In this document: positions 20,003 to 30,413 of the stretch, one piece after another
How the letters are laid out: each line of letters starts with the position of its first letter
How positions within the stretch are numbered: the stretch's first letter is position 1
NCBI GenBank assembly: GCA_963675525.2
Contig: CAXXSL010000016.1
Span: 1-64,000 of the forward strand
Source of the DNA: Anaerohalosphaeraceae bacterium
Lineage (GTDB): Bacteria > Planctomycetota > Phycisphaerae > Sedimentisphaerales > Anaerohalosphaeraceae
Reading direction: 5' to 3'
DNA: 64,000 nucleotides
Notes under the pieces: generated by a model
What the model was told of the DNA's origin: nothing
Seen by the model: the letters and a program-made list of their open reading frames with translations, nothing else
Database searches by the model: none
Program-made: the position numbers and the translations under genes

Positions 20003-22057
20003 ATGTCAATACGCACCAAACTGTTATTTTTCGTCGGCGTTGGATTTATTTTAGTCTCAACGATTGTTGTCTTCGCCGCCGATCGCTTGATGACCGCTCG
20101 TATCGAAAAGAACCAGAATCAGTTATTTCATGAGCGGCTCGATTCCATCATCAGCGTCCTTGAGAGAAAGGATGCACTTCTTAAACAAACCGGTCTCGCA
20201 GAGGCCTATCGTTTAAGTTTCCAATCCGAGGCAACAAAACAGCTTGCCGCTAAATATTATCTTTCTGCCGAACCTGAAAGTTACCCGTACATTATCGACT
20301 CGGAAGGCCGGATGATTTTACACCCTGTCATCGAACCCGGAGATGAATCCCTGGCAAATGCTGATTTTATCCAGCAGTTTTTAGCGTTAAAGGATGGAAG
20401 TCTTACTTACAACTTTGAGACCCAGCAAAAATGGTGTTTATTTCGTACATTTGAGCCGTGGGGATGGACCATCGCTTACACAATCCCCATTGATGTTTTA
20501 TATCAAGACGTTCATCATTTTCGCGCTACATTCTTAACCGTCATGTCAGTCACGTCGCTGGGCGTGCTGACAATAATATTTGTCGCAATCTCTTTTATGA
20601 CGCGTCCGATTCGCCAACTGACCAATGTGGCGATTGAAATGGCTGCGGGAAAACTCGATCAGGTCATTGAAACATCCGGGAACGATGAAATTGGATCACT
20701 CGCCAAAAGTTTCCAGAACATGAGCTGTGTCATTCGTGAAAAAATCAATAACCTTGACCGGGAGGTTTCTGAACGCAAGCAAGCACAGCAGGAACTGGCC
20801 CAACTGAATCGTACACTTGAACTCCGCGTTGAAGAACGTACGAAAGATCTGGAACAGGCCCGGGAAGCGGCCGAGGTTGCGAATAAGGCCAAAAGTGAAT
20901 TTCTGGCGAATATGAGCCATGAAATTCGCACCCCCATGAACAGTCTTATTGGCTTTGCCGACCTGCTTAGAGATGAGGATTTAAACGAGGAACAGCATGA
21001 TTATGCCAACTGTATCCTCCACAGCGCAAACTCATTGCTCGTAATTATCAACGATATCCTGGACTTCTCAAAAATTGAAGCCGGGCGACTGGATATCGAA
21101 AAAGTTAGGTTTGATCCGAAACCCTTGCTATTTGATGTTGAGTCGATGCTCCTGCCAAAAGCAACACAGCAAGGAATCGAATTCGAGATCATTCAACATG
21201 GCCCTCTGCCTGCTGAAATCTGCTCAGACCCGACACGGATCCGTCAATGCCTGATCAACCTTGCCGGAAATGCAATCAAGTTTACGGAGAAAGGGCACGT
21301 CCATATCAATGTTTCAATCGAGCAGCAAAATGAACAGAGTTTTATCCGTTTTGATGTAGAAGACACGGGTATTGGAATCCCGGAAGACAAAATCTCACAG
21401 ATATTGGCCCCCTTTACACAGGCCGATTCTTCCACGACACGGAAATACGGCGGCACGGGACTTGGATTGTCCATCACAAAACAACTTGCCGAATTGATGG
21501 GCGGTCAACTCACTGTCAGCAGTACGTACGGCGAAGGCTCCGTCTTCAGTCTGCACATCCCTGCGGAAGTCGACATCAGCCAAGAAACGCTGGTCGCCTC
21601 GGAGACGGTCAGAAAAGTAATCACATCGCAACAATCAAAAACACCACTGCCTTGTTTTTCCGGTAAAGTGCTGATCGCTGAAGACAATAAAAACAATCGT
21701 AAAGTCATTTGTCGTACACTTCGTAAGCTGGGGCTGGAAGTTGAAGCTGCTCCCGATGGCCTTGAAGCGGTCAAGAAAGTATCCTCCGGGTGTTTTGATG
21801 TGATCTTTATGGATATGCAAATGCCTCATATGAACGGCTACGAAGCAACCCGAGCCATCCGTAAATTAAATATTAAAACGCCCATCATCGCATGGACGGC
21901 AAATATCGCAGAAGGAGAAGACCTGAACTGTATCAACGCCGGTTGTGATAAATATATCTCAAAGCCCACTGACCGCAAAGAACTCATTTGCGTATTAGAA
22001 GAATATTTTACCGCGATCAAACAGGAAGAGGAAGAACCGCTGCAGGTAAATGCTTAG
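20003..22057 (+). CDS. Hybrid sensor histidine kinase (Cache-HAMP-HisKA-HATPase-REC)
   Basis: '[14 protein letters not shown]', 'NAIKFT', 'GGTGLGL', receiver 'MDMQMP'. Confidence 0.96.
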   Translation: MSIRTKLLFFVGVGFILVSTIVVFAADRLMTARIEKNQNQLFHERLDSIISVLERKDALLKQTGLAEAYRLSFQSEATKQLAAKYYLSAEPESYPYIIDSEGRMILHPVIEPGDESLANADFIQQFLALKDGSLTYNFETQQKWCLFRTFEPWGWTIAYTIPIDVLYQDVHHFRATFLTVMSVTSLGVLTIIFVAISFMTRPIRQLTNVAIEMAAGKLDQVIETSGNDEIGSLAKSFQNMSCVIREKINNLDREVSERKQAQQELAQLNRTLELRVEERTKDLEQAREAAEVANKAKSEFLANMSHEIRTPMNSLIGFADLLRDEDLNEEQHDYANCILHSANSLLVIINDILDFSKIEAGRLDIEKVRFDPKPLLFDVESMLLPKATQQGIEFEIIQHGPLPAEICSDPTRIRQCLINLAGNAIKFTEKGHVHINVSIEQQNEQSFIRFDVEDTGIGIPEDKISQILAPFTQADSSTTRKYGGTGLGLSITKQLAELMGGQLTVSSTYGEGSVFSLHIPAEVDISQETLVASETVRKVITSQQSKTPLPCFSGKVLIAEDNKNNRKVICRTLRKLGLEVEAAPDGLEAVKKVSSGCFDVIFMDMQMPHMNGYEATRAIRKLNIKTPIIAWTANIAEGEDLNCINAGCDKYISKPTDRKELICVLEEYFTAIKQEEEEPLQVNA

Positions 22058-23439
22058 ACGTGAGTTTTTTTTACAAGCCTACGAATCAGCAAAGAAAGTT
22101 TTTCAACTGTTTTTCGGAATAGAATCGATCGTTTAAGCTCTCGGCAACGAGACCGGTAAGGTTCGAATCTGGAGTGGGTTGCCTGGCATTGCCTGACATA
22201 CTCCAATGCCTGCGTCCACAGTCGGAGTTTGCAGCAGGTCCAGGCGGCACAAAGCACTATTTCGGGTCGGTCGGGGTCAAGTTGGATCGCATGATTGAAG
22301 CACTCGCTGGCTCCCTCATATTCAGCGTTCAGTGCCATCGACACACCTAACCCGAAAAAGGCATCCTCATTGGAATCATCCCGGTCCAGAATCTGCAAAA
22401 AACAGACTGAGGCATCCGGCTGATCCCCCATTTCAACAAACAACCAGCCGATGGAAGAAAGCACATCGTTATCGTCAACTCCCAACTCAAGTTCCTGGCG
22501 TAATAACTCAATGCCGGCCAATAATTCGTTGTTTTGCAGACACAGTTGAGCCAGGCGGAAACGGGCGCCTACCAGGTGCCGGTCCGATTCCATCGCACGC
22601 TGGTACCACTGATTGGCCGCAGAGACATTTGACTGAATGAAGTACACCTCAGCCAAATAGAACTTGGCGAGTGCGAAATTTTCATCGAATTCAAGGATCC
22701 GTATAAATTTTTCTTTTGCGGCTTCAAGATCACCGCTTTCAAGCAGGAATAATCCGAAATCCAAAATGACATCTAAATCAATTGGATTTTGGCGTAATTC
22801 AGTGAGAAATTCCGATCGTGCACGCACGCCATTGCCGCTCACCCAGCAGACCTGGGCAAGGCGATAATGGATTTGAGGGTGTTTGGGGTCGAGTTCGGCA
22901 CATTTATCCCAGCACCATAACGCTTTCTCGTAGTTGCCCTGGGTATAAAGAGAATTCCCGATATTATAAAAACAGATGGCACAATCCGGATTGATCTGCT
23001 GGGCCAGATAAAACATCTGCTCCGCCTTATCATGCTGTTCCATCTCGGTGTAAGTAATAATTCGATTACAATAAGCCGGTTCAAAATCAGGCTGGATATA
23101 TTCAATCTGTTCAAATGTCCTTAATGCCAAATCATAGTGGGTCGTTCTTGTATAATCTACCCCCAAACAATTAAGAATTTCGATATCCTCATGATTGAAT
23201 TCCAGTGCTCGTTTATAATAGTCGATCGCTTTCTCGTATTCTTCCAATCCATCCAGTGTCAGTGCCGCATTAAAATACCACGCACCGTGATCAGGGCCTA
23301 ATTCAATGGCTTGACCGAGCTTTTCAAGCGCCTGGCCCATCTGGCCCTGCTCATAAAGCTCAAATGCTTCAATCGCCATATTTTCGGCCAGGTCCCATTC
23401 ATGGCCGTACTCATAGTCGTCATCCAGTGAATCGAACAT
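22054..23439 (-). CDS. Tetratricopeptide repeat protein
   Basis: Many TPR consensus repeats across the whole length. Confidence 0.9.
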   Translation of the reverse strand: MFDSLDDDYEYGHEWDLAENMAIEAFELYEQGQMGQALEKLGQAIELGPDHGAWYFNAALTLDGLEEYEKAIDYYKRALEFNHEDIEILNCLGVDYTRTTHYDLALRTFEQIEYIQPDFEPAYCNRIITYTEMEQHDKAEQMFYLAQQINPDCAICFYNIGNSLYTQGNYEKALWCWDKCAELDPKHPQIHYRLAQVCWVSGNGVRARSEFLTELRQNPIDLDVILDFGLFLLESGDLEAAKEKFIRILEFDENFALAKFYLAEVYFIQSNVSAANQWYQRAMESDRHLVGARFRLAQLCLQNNELLAGIELLRQELELGVDDNDVLSSIGWLFVEMGDQPDASVCFLQILDRDDSNEDAFFGLGVSMALNAEYEGASECFNHAIQLDPDRPEIVLCAAWTCCKLRLWTQALEYVRQCQATHSRFEPYRSRCRELKRSILFRKTVEKLSLLIRRLVKKTHV

Positions 23440-23749
23440 TTAGCCAATCGTTCCTTTAATTAAGTCTTATGTCTTTTAAACCCTCCGGTTTTCATATCGT
23501 CAGGAAAAACCCCCAACTTAGCCACGGGAACGTGGATTTGTCAGGTTTTTTTTTGATTCAAAAATTTTTCTGGTTTTTCGCATCTTAACCCTCTATAATT
23601 CCAGAGGTTAAATGTGTCTTATCAGTGTCGTTACAGGGGTCTTTGGAATTTCTGAATGATTTTCCGGGTTCCGTCCGATAAGATACTCGTAAAAGGTGTT
23701 TCCTTTTCCCCAATGAAAAGAAACCAAAAATAATTCGGAGTAATAACGT

Positions 23750-24214
23750 ATGGTACAGGAAATTAAAGGTCAGTTGCACGCCGGAACGAACACGTTCGCT
23801 ATCGTGGTCAGCCGTTTTAATGAGTTTGTCACCAGCAAACTGCTGGGCGGGGCATTAGACTGTCTGCAGCGGCACGGCGCTTCGGATGATCAGATCACAG
23901 TCATCTGGGTGCCGGGGACAATCGAGATTACCACAGCGGCAAAAAAACTTGTCCAAAGCGGCAAATATGCCGCGGTTATTTGCCTGGGAGCCGTCATTCG
24001 AGGTCAAACCAGCCATTATGACTATGTCTGCCAGCAAATTTCCCGCGGGGTCGGACAGTTAAATTACGACACAGGCATTCCCACGATTTTCGGTGTTTTG
24101 ACCTGTGAGACCATCGAACAGGCCATCGAACGGGCCGGAACCAAACAAGGCAATGCCGGCGTTAATGCCGCCATGGCTGCAATCGAAATGGCCGATTTGC
24201 TGGGGAAAATATAG
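23750..24214 (+). CDS. ribH: 6,7-dimethyl-8-ribityllumazine synthase
   Basis: 'IVVSRFN', 'VPG', '[16 protein letters not shown]', 'QAIERAG'. Confidence 0.97.
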   Translation: MVQEIKGQLHAGTNTFAIVVSRFNEFVTSKLLGGALDCLQRHGASDDQITVIWVPGTIEITTAAKKLVQSGKYAAVICLGAVIRGQTSHYDYVCQQISRGVGQLNYDTGIPTIFGVLTCETIEQAIERAGTKQGNAGVNAAMAAIEMADLLGKI

Positions 24215-24261
24215 TCGGCCGGAATCGTAACCGATTTTGATCGAAAATCGAAGGAACGAAA

Positions 24262-24687
24262 TTGGATCGCAGAACAAAAGCCAGAGAACTCGCCATGCAG
24301 GCCCTGTGCCAGTTGGATGTACAGGGTAATGAGGGACTGCCGATGCTGCATGTATTTTACCGTGAGAATACCGATGATGATCTGGTGCTCCAGTTGGCCG
24401 AAAAATGGACACAGGGAGCATGGGAATCAGTTCGAGCCTGCGACGAGTTGATCTCTCAGGCGGCGGTGCGTTGGAAACTGTCTCGCCTGTCACATGTCGA
24501 TCGCGGCATTCTACGTTTGTCTGTGTATCAATTACGATTTTGCCCGGATGTTCCCTGTAAAGTTGTCATTAACGAAGCCATTGAGCTTGCCAAAAAATAC
24601 AGTACGGAGCAATCGCCCCGTTTTGTCAATGGGGTCCTGGATGCGGTCTTGAAAATGCTAAAACAGCCTGAAGCTCAGGAATCCTGA
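24262..24687 (+). CDS. nusB: Transcription antitermination factor NusB
   Basis: 'RTKARELAMQAL', 'VDRGILRL', 'VINEAIELAKKY', 'FVNGVLD'; follows ribH. Confidence 0.96.
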   Translation: MDRRTKARELAMQALCQLDVQGNEGLPMLHVFYRENTDDDLVLQLAEKWTQGAWESVRACDELISQAAVRWKLSRLSHVDRGILRLSVYQLRFCPDVPCKVVINEAIELAKKYSTEQSPRFVNGVLDAVLKMLKQPEAQES

Positions 24688-24712
24688 TGCTTCAGCAAAA
24701 GGATATGAATCC

Positions 24713-25681
24713 GTGAGAAAAATAGCCATACTCAATCAAAAAGGCGGTGTCGGAAAAACCACCACGGTGGTTAATCTTGCCGCGGCGCTGGCGCAAAAAG
24801 GACAGCGTGTCATGGTGATCGATCTGGACCCGCAGGCACACCTGACCATCCATCTCGGCGCTGATAGTGATGGGGATGCCGCCGGCATCTACGAAGTGTT
24901 GACCGGCAGTACGCCAATCTCAGAGGCACTTCAGGAAGTGCGGCAGAACCTCTGGCTTTTGGCCGCCAGCATCGATCTGGTCGGCGCCGAAAGCGAACTG
25001 GTCAATGAAGTCGGACGCGAAATTATTCTTCGCCAGGCAGTCAAATCCGTTGAAGGTGATTTTGATTACCTCATCATCGACTGCCCTCCTTCTCTGGGGT
25101 TATTGACCCTGAATTCCCTGGCCGCCGTCAACGAAGTGTTGATTCCGATCCAGCCGCATTTTCTGGCTTTGCAGGGTTTCAGCCGATTGCTGCAAACCGT
25201 TACGCTGGTCCAGACACGCATCAACCCTCAACTGCGCGTCTCGGCGATCTTGATGTGCCTGTTTGACAGCCGGACCAGCTTATCCGGCGAGGTACGCGAT
25301 GATATTAAGCTGTTTCTTTCCGGTGCGCGTAACAGTGACCAGCCGTGGGCCAACGCAAAAATAATCCCCGTCAATATTCGGCGAAACATCAAACTGGCCG
25401 AGGCGCCCAGTCACGGCCAGACCATCTTTGAATACGAACCGACCTGCAACGGAGCAATGGACTATCTGGCCGTCGCGGAGTTTCTGCACAACGGCCAGGT
25501 AACCGACACACCCGAACAGACGATGCAATTGGCTGAAGAAATGCCGCAACCGGCGAATCTTCCGGCCGAAACACAATATGAAGCAACCGACAACGAAGTC
25601 AACGATGAATTTTCTCATGATTCGGTGTCGCCAGATGACCAAAGCCGCAATGAGCTGATTGAGGAAAAAGGCAGCGCTTAA
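24713..25681 (+). CDS. ParA/Soj family ATPase (no parB adjacent)
   Basis: 'NQKGGVGKTTT', 'IDCPPSLG', 'LAEAPSHG'; acidic tail. Confidence 0.93.
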   Translation: MRKIAILNQKGGVGKTTTVVNLAAALAQKGQRVMVIDLDPQAHLTIHLGADSDGDAAGIYEVLTGSTPISEALQEVRQNLWLLAASIDLVGAESELVNEVGREIILRQAVKSVEGDFDYLIIDCPPSLGLLTLNSLAAVNEVLIPIQPHFLALQGFSRLLQTVTLVQTRINPQLRVSAILMCLFDSRTSLSGEVRDDIKLFLSGARNSDQPWANAKIIPVNIRRNIKLAEAPSHGQTIFEYEPTCNGAMDYLAVAEFLHNGQVTDTPEQTMQLAEEMPQPANLPAETQYEATDNEVNDEFSHDSVSPDDQSRNELIEEKGSA

Positions 25682-25860
25682 AGGGGTTAAAAGAAAAGGC
25701 TGCTTCGTGGATGATGGGAAGCAACCTTTCGCAAAAGATCATCATATCGATCTTTTAATTTTCTAATCATGTTCATTATGCTCATCTTTTTCTGCTTTGT
25801 CAATATTTTTTCATAAAAAAAATCGGTCCATCAAAACGTGTATGAACACACAACCCGTTG

Positions 25861-26577
25861 TCAGGCGTCGATCGTTAATTGATGGGGGTTCTGCAGCAAG
25901 TCGATGACATGTTTTAAAAACGCAGCCGCGTAAAAATCGTCGATCAGACGTTGATCGAAGGCCATTGCTACATACATCAATTTTCGCACTGCGAATGTAT
26001 CGCCGTCCGGCACAACGGTTTCCTCAAAATTACCGATGGAGATAATGCCGGTCGCCGACGGCGGGCTGATCGCATAAAACGACTCTATACCGTACATTCC
26101 CAGCCCGCTTAAAACAATGTTGGCCCCGTCAAAATCCTCGGGCAAAAGCATATTAGCCCTGGCTTTCTTGAGAAGACGATCGCTTTCGCGGGCGGTTTCG
26201 GCCAATGTTTTATCATTGATCCGGCCGATCACAGGAACTACCAGTCCCTGCGGGGCGGCCACCGCAAAACCAACACCCACCCGGTCGGCAATCACAAGGT
26301 TTTCCTTCTGTTCGTCGATCATCGCAGCCATCAGGGGGTACTTGACAATCGACCGGGCAATCGCATACATAAAAAAATCATTCGTGGTAACCCGGTTTTT
26401 GCTTTTCCTGCAGAACGCCTTACGAACGGCGATTAATTCCGTTAAATCGGCGCGCATGCGCAAATAGCCGCTAGCCTTGGTTTTCTTCGACTGCAGCATA
26501 TAACTGCCGATCAGCTTTTGGATCCGCGTTAAAGGAATTTGGTTTTTCAAGGCTTCCGCCAAGTTAATGCACTCCAA
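25861..26577 (-). CDS. Stand-alone 2-oxoacid dehydrogenase E2 catalytic-domain homolog with degenerate active site
   Basis: 'VGFAVAAPQGLVVPVI', 'LGMYGI..F.AI.PP'; no lipoyl domain; 'FDQRLIDD' instead of DHRxxDG. Confidence 0.85.
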   Translation of the reverse strand: MECINLAEALKNQIPLTRIQKLIGSYMLQSKKTKASGYLRMRADLTELIAVRKAFCRKSKNRVTTNDFFMYAIARSIVKYPLMAAMIDEQKENLVIADRVGVGFAVAAPQGLVVPVIGRINDKTLAETARESDRLLKKARANMLLPEDFDGANIVLSGLGMYGIESFYAISPPSATGIISIGNFEETVVPDGDTFAVRKLMYVAMAFDQRLIDDFYAAAFLKHVIDLLQNPHQLTIDA

Positions 26578-26716
26578 TCTGTTCTATTTTATATTCCAAT
26601 GCCCTTATTGTACATCCCCGCCGCCACAATTCAAGAATATTTGTCTTGCACCTGTTTTCAACACAACCTATAATAACACGCACAAAACAGCGTCATATGA
26701 TGAAAGGAGTCAAAAT

Positions 26717-26911
26717 ATGCGGTACTTTCTGGCCATCCTGCTTCCGCCCTTGGCCGTGCTTCTCTGCGGCAAGCCCATTCAGTTTATCCTGAACATCTTC
26801 CTGACACTGCTAGGCTGGATTCCCGGGGTTATTCATGCGATTCTGGTTGTCAATGGCCATCTGGCAGATAAGCGAACTGGAAAAATTGTCAGCGCCATGA
26901 AAAACAAATAA
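26717..26911 (+). CDS. YqaE/Pmp3 family small membrane protein
   Basis: 'LAILLPPLAV...LNIFLTLLGWIPGVIHAI'; AAGGAG RBS before ATG 26717. Confidence 0.93.
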   Translation: MRYFLAILLPPLAVLLCGKPIQFILNIFLTLLGWIPGVIHAILVVNGHLADKRTGKIVSAMKNK

Positions 26912-26963
26912 GGCTCAATTTCGTAAAATAATACAACATAAACGATGTCATAGCGAGGGACCC

Positions 26964-27629
26964 ATGAAAGAACAACTGAAAAGAAGCCTGCTCGTCGGGC
27001 TGTCGGGAAGTTTCATTTTTCTGTGCGGCTGTCAAAAAGCCTATTACGGCACGATGGAAATGTTCGGCAAGCATAAACGCGAGATTTTAGTGGACAATGT
27101 CACCGAGGCCCGCGATGCTCAAAACGAAGCCAAAGAGCAATTCTCATCCGCTCTGGAGCAGTTCAGTTCGGTGGTGAATTTTTCGGGCGGGGATCTTGAA
27201 GAAAAGTATAATACGCTGAACACCGAATTTAAAAGAAGCAAATCCAAAGCAGAGGCCGTCAGCAAACGGATTCAGGATATTCGTTACGTCGCCCAGGCCC
27301 TTTTTGAAGAATGGGAAGATGAACTTGATCTTTATACCAGCGATAGCCTTCGGAAAACCAGTGAGACCAAGCTCAAAAACACAAAGGAACGCTATATCAA
27401 ACTCATGCTGGCGATGGAAAAGGCCGAATCCAAAATGCAGCCGGTGCTGGCCGCGTTTCAGGATCAGGTGCTGTTTATCAAGCACAACCTGAACGCACAA
27501 GCCGTTGCTTCGCTGCAGGACGAACTATCGACAGTGGAAAATGAGATCGCGATACTGATTAGGGAAATGGAGCGATCCATTAAAGAGGCCGATGTCTTTA
27601 TTCAGCAGATGACCCAGGCGGGATTGTAA
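26964..27629 (+). CDS. DUF2959 family lipoprotein
   Basis: 'GCQKAYYGTMEMFGKHKREILVD', 'DQVLFIKHNLNAQA'. Confidence 0.85.
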   Translation: MKEQLKRSLLVGLSGSFIFLCGCQKAYYGTMEMFGKHKREILVDNVTEARDAQNEAKEQFSSALEQFSSVVNFSGGDLEEKYNTLNTEFKRSKSKAEAVSKRIQDIRYVAQALFEEWEDELDLYTSDSLRKTSETKLKNTKERYIKLMLAMEKAESKMQPVLAAFQDQVLFIKHNLNAQAVASLQDELSTVENEIAILIREMERSIKEADVFIQQMTQAGL

Positions 27630-27659
27630 GAGAGAAAACCGGCGTTATATTTTGGAGAC

Positions 27660-27857
27660 ATGACCATGACAAAACCCTCGATGCCGCATCCGGGGCATAA
27701 TAAACATTTATGTTATTTAACAAATCTTCATTTTCACCAGTCAAACTGGGAAGAATATAAGAAACTGGTCGAAGGCGCACAGTTTGTCTGTAAGTTGTGC
27801 GGGCGATCCGCCGCGGATAAGGACCGGCTCTGCAAACCGGTCAGAATTGATTCTTAA
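27660..27857 (+). CDS. Small His/Cys-rich putative metal-binding protein
   Basis: 'HNKHLCY...EEYKKLV...CKLCGRSA...LCKP'; paralog at 54753..54956. Confidence 0.75.
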   Translation: MTMTKPSMPHPGHNKHLCYLTNLHFHQSNWEEYKKLVEGAQFVCKLCGRSAADKDRLCKPVRIDS

Positions 27858-28103
27858 AAGCCGATCAGGCTGTTTGGCAGACGATAGCCAGTCAACCCCG
27901 GCCCATTCCGAAGATCAACAAGAATGGTTGTCATTGTCGGCTTATTTGTAATATTTTTCCGCTTTTTGTCATGTTTTTCACTAGGCTGGGATTGACGATT
28001 CCGGAAATTCCGCAAAAGAGGGCTTTTCCAAATGAAAAATTTTGCGTATAATCCTGTCTGATCTGACAGAACCCGATCAATAACCTGTATTGGAGTTTTC
28101 TTT

Positions 28104-29228
28104 ATGGAATATTTGTACCGCGTAATGGGCCTGGCATGTCTTGCCGGAGCGGTCTTTCTGACCGCCTGCAACAACAATAAACTGCCGCAGGGAAAATTCT
28201 CCGAAGAGGAGATGGAATCCATCCCGTTCGCCAACAAATATGAACTGCCCCCGGCCAGCGGGGGTATGTCGCTGAGGATATACTCCGAAACGATCACCGT
28301 TGACGAAATCCTGGGCTACGCCGAGCAAAAACTCAAACCCTTTGCCGAGAAGGTCGACTTTGACACATTTCAAACGGAGGCGCTGCCCTTTATCCGCGAA
28401 ACACTCCGCGGTAAAGTTACGGATATCCTGCTCTACCAGGAAGCCCGAAAATCGGCGCCCGAAAATATTGACGAGAGCATCAACAAAGCCGTCGAAAGCG
28501 AGATCGCCCGCTTTGTGGCCGGCTACGGCAACAACTATGCCCTCGCCGAAAACGCCATCAAGAGAATGGGGATGGACTGGAAATCATTCAGGGAGTATGA
28601 AAAAAAGCTGATCCTGACGCAATCTTATATCTCAAGCACACTGAAAGAGGAAAAACGGTTCGCCTATCGCGACCTGCTCGATTATTACGAAAGCGTCAAG
28701 GCCGAGCAGTTTACCAAGCTCGGATTTGTTGAATTCAGCATTATTGACATCGACCCCGACAAACTCACCGCAGAGCAGGCCCCGGCGGAGCGCATCGAAG
28801 AGATCCTTGCCAAACTCAACGCCGGTGAGGACTTTGCCGAAGTAGCCAAACAGTATTCGCACGGTCCCTTTGCCGCGACGGGCGGAAAACTGGAGCCGGT
28901 TTCGCTCGACTCCGATTCACTGGCCGAACCTTACGGCACACTGGCCAAAGAGGCCCAGTTAATGCAGCCCGGTCAGGTCAAAGGCCCCATCGAAATGCAG
29001 GGGCATCTGTTTGTCCTGAAACTAAACCAACTGGAACTCGGCGAATCCAAATCGTTCGAGGAGGTTCAGCATCTCGTCGAACAACAGCTTCAGTTTCTGC
29101 ATAGTCAGAAACAGTATCTGGAACTGGTTCAAAAACTGATCGTCAAAGCCGATTTTGCTCAGCTCGAACGGTTTGCCCAGTTCTGCGCCCAGGAAGCCTA
29201 CAACCGCTGGCACGATGGTGCATCGTGA
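28104..29228 (+). CDS. Parvulin-type peptidyl-prolyl isomerase lipoprotein (SurA/PrsA-like)
   Basis: Lipobox 'LTAC', 'GEDFAEVAKQYS..P....GG', 'GQVKGPI'. Confidence 0.85.
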   Translation: MEYLYRVMGLACLAGAVFLTACNNNKLPQGKFSEEEMESIPFANKYELPPASGGMSLRIYSETITVDEILGYAEQKLKPFAEKVDFDTFQTEALPFIRETLRGKVTDILLYQEARKSAPENIDESINKAVESEIARFVAGYGNNYALAENAIKRMGMDWKSFREYEKKLILTQSYISSTLKEEKRFAYRDLLDYYESVKAEQFTKLGFVEFSIIDIDPDKLTAEQAPAERIEEILAKLNAGEDFAEVAKQYSHGPFAATGGKLEPVSLDSDSLAEPYGTLAKEAQLMQPGQVKGPIEMQGHLFVLKLNQLELGESKSFEEVQHLVEQQLQFLHSQKQYLELVQKLIVKADFAQLERFAQFCAQEAYNRWHDGAS

Positions 29229-29266
29229 TCTGTTAGCAGTTAACAATTATCAGTAAACGGGTATTC

Positions 29267-29650
29267 ATGAAGATTATCGCACATGGAATTGATCTGGTGG
29301 ATTTCGAGCGGATTGAAGCGATGCTGAACCGGCACGAGCAGCGGTTTACCGAACGCGTCTTTACCGCCCGCGAACTGGCCGATGCTGACAAGGTCAAAAA
29401 CCGCATCGAAAAGTTGGCCGGACGATTCGCCGCCAAGGAAGCCGTGATGAAACTGGTCGGCACCGGCTGGCGGGACGGCATCGCATGGACCGATATCGAA
29501 GTCGTCAATAACGAACTGGGTCAGCCCATCGTCACCATCTCCGGCAAGGTCAAGGAACTGGCCGAGAAAAAAACGATAGAACAAATCACCATCAGCATCA
29601 CCCATACCGCCAACTTCGCCATCGCCTCCGCCGTGGCGTTGCAGGGATAG
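29267..29650 (+). CDS. acpS: Holo-[acyl-carrier-protein] synthase
   Basis: 'GIDLV', 'AGRFAAKEA', 'ISITH'. Confidence 0.96.
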   Translation: MKIIAHGIDLVDFERIEAMLNRHEQRFTERVFTARELADADKVKNRIEKLAGRFAAKEAVMKLVGTGWRDGIAWTDIEVVNNELGQPIVTISGKVKELAEKKTIEQITISITHTANFAIASAVALQG

Positions 29651-29842
29651 AGTCACGCAGGCATCTTGCCCGCACAGAAAGAATTTAAGGCTGGCGATAT
29701 CGAAAAAAAATTCCCGAAAATCCGCAATATGACACCGTTTTCCCCCAAAAAAACAGTGGATTCGAGATGTTATCGGGTACAACCAGAATGGTTGCCCTAC
29801 AGCTTGATTTAAACGCATCTTTTTAGTAGAATACGAGCATAG

Positions 29843-29866
29843 AAAAGCCGCCATTTTCGAGCGGCT
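29843..29866 (-). terminator. Minus-strand terminator downstream of candidate ncRNA
   Basis: AGCCGC-N9-GCGGCT followed by TTT on the minus strand. Confidence 0.55.
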
Positions 29867-29892
29867 GATGTTTTCCGGGGGGAATTCTGATG

Positions 29893-30110
29893 AAAAAATA
29901 TGTCACCTGCCGTGTCGTGGACACGGTGCCGCTTAGAGTGTCGGACAATGAACGCCCGACAACAACCTGCAAATTAGGGAAGGTCATGCGGACGTCTCAT
30001 CGACAACCGCGGAAGCCGGACCCGAGTGAAGCCTCGCTGAAATCACTGATTGGCCGGACCTACGCTCACTATCCGTTCCCGCCGGGCCAATCCCTGAATA
30101 TTGCCATTTA
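29893..30110 (-). ncRNA. Candidate structured non-coding RNA, family not recognised
   Basis: Six consecutive hairpins; plus-strand A.C mismatches become G-U pairs on the minus strand; terminator downstream. Confidence 0.55.
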
Positions 30111-30413
30111 AAAAACAAGGCCTTGAATTGCCGGATAAAATTCAAGGCTACATTTTTTTCTGTATCCCTTCTAACTTTGCTATTACCTCAATCGTACATT
30201 TACATTCCCTATGAATTGAAACATTAATCATATTTTGGCCCGGCAACGGTTTCATTCGCTCTCCTATTCCAATTATCACTTTCAAGACCAGGCCTTAACT
30301 CAATGTATGGGTTACATTTCTTGCTTTTTTGGGGTTTTGGGAGTAGAATGGCGTTTCATGTCCGGTCACTTACGTTCCCGGATCAGATGACTTTTGTTTA
30401 TTCATAAGGCGTT

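Noticed and set aside
24713..25681. ParA as a sign of a plasmid or replication origin
   Set aside because: No parB, parS or rep; it sits behind ribH-nusB in housekeeping context.
29905..30030. Partial resemblance to the raiA motif, cobalamin riboswitch or 6S RNA
   Set aside because: Only short word matches; the conserved cores and architecture do not fit, so no family was assigned.
29890..30111. 73-aa plus-strand ORF
   Set aside because: No motifs; it coincides with the hairpin array, which is better explained as a minus-strand RNA.
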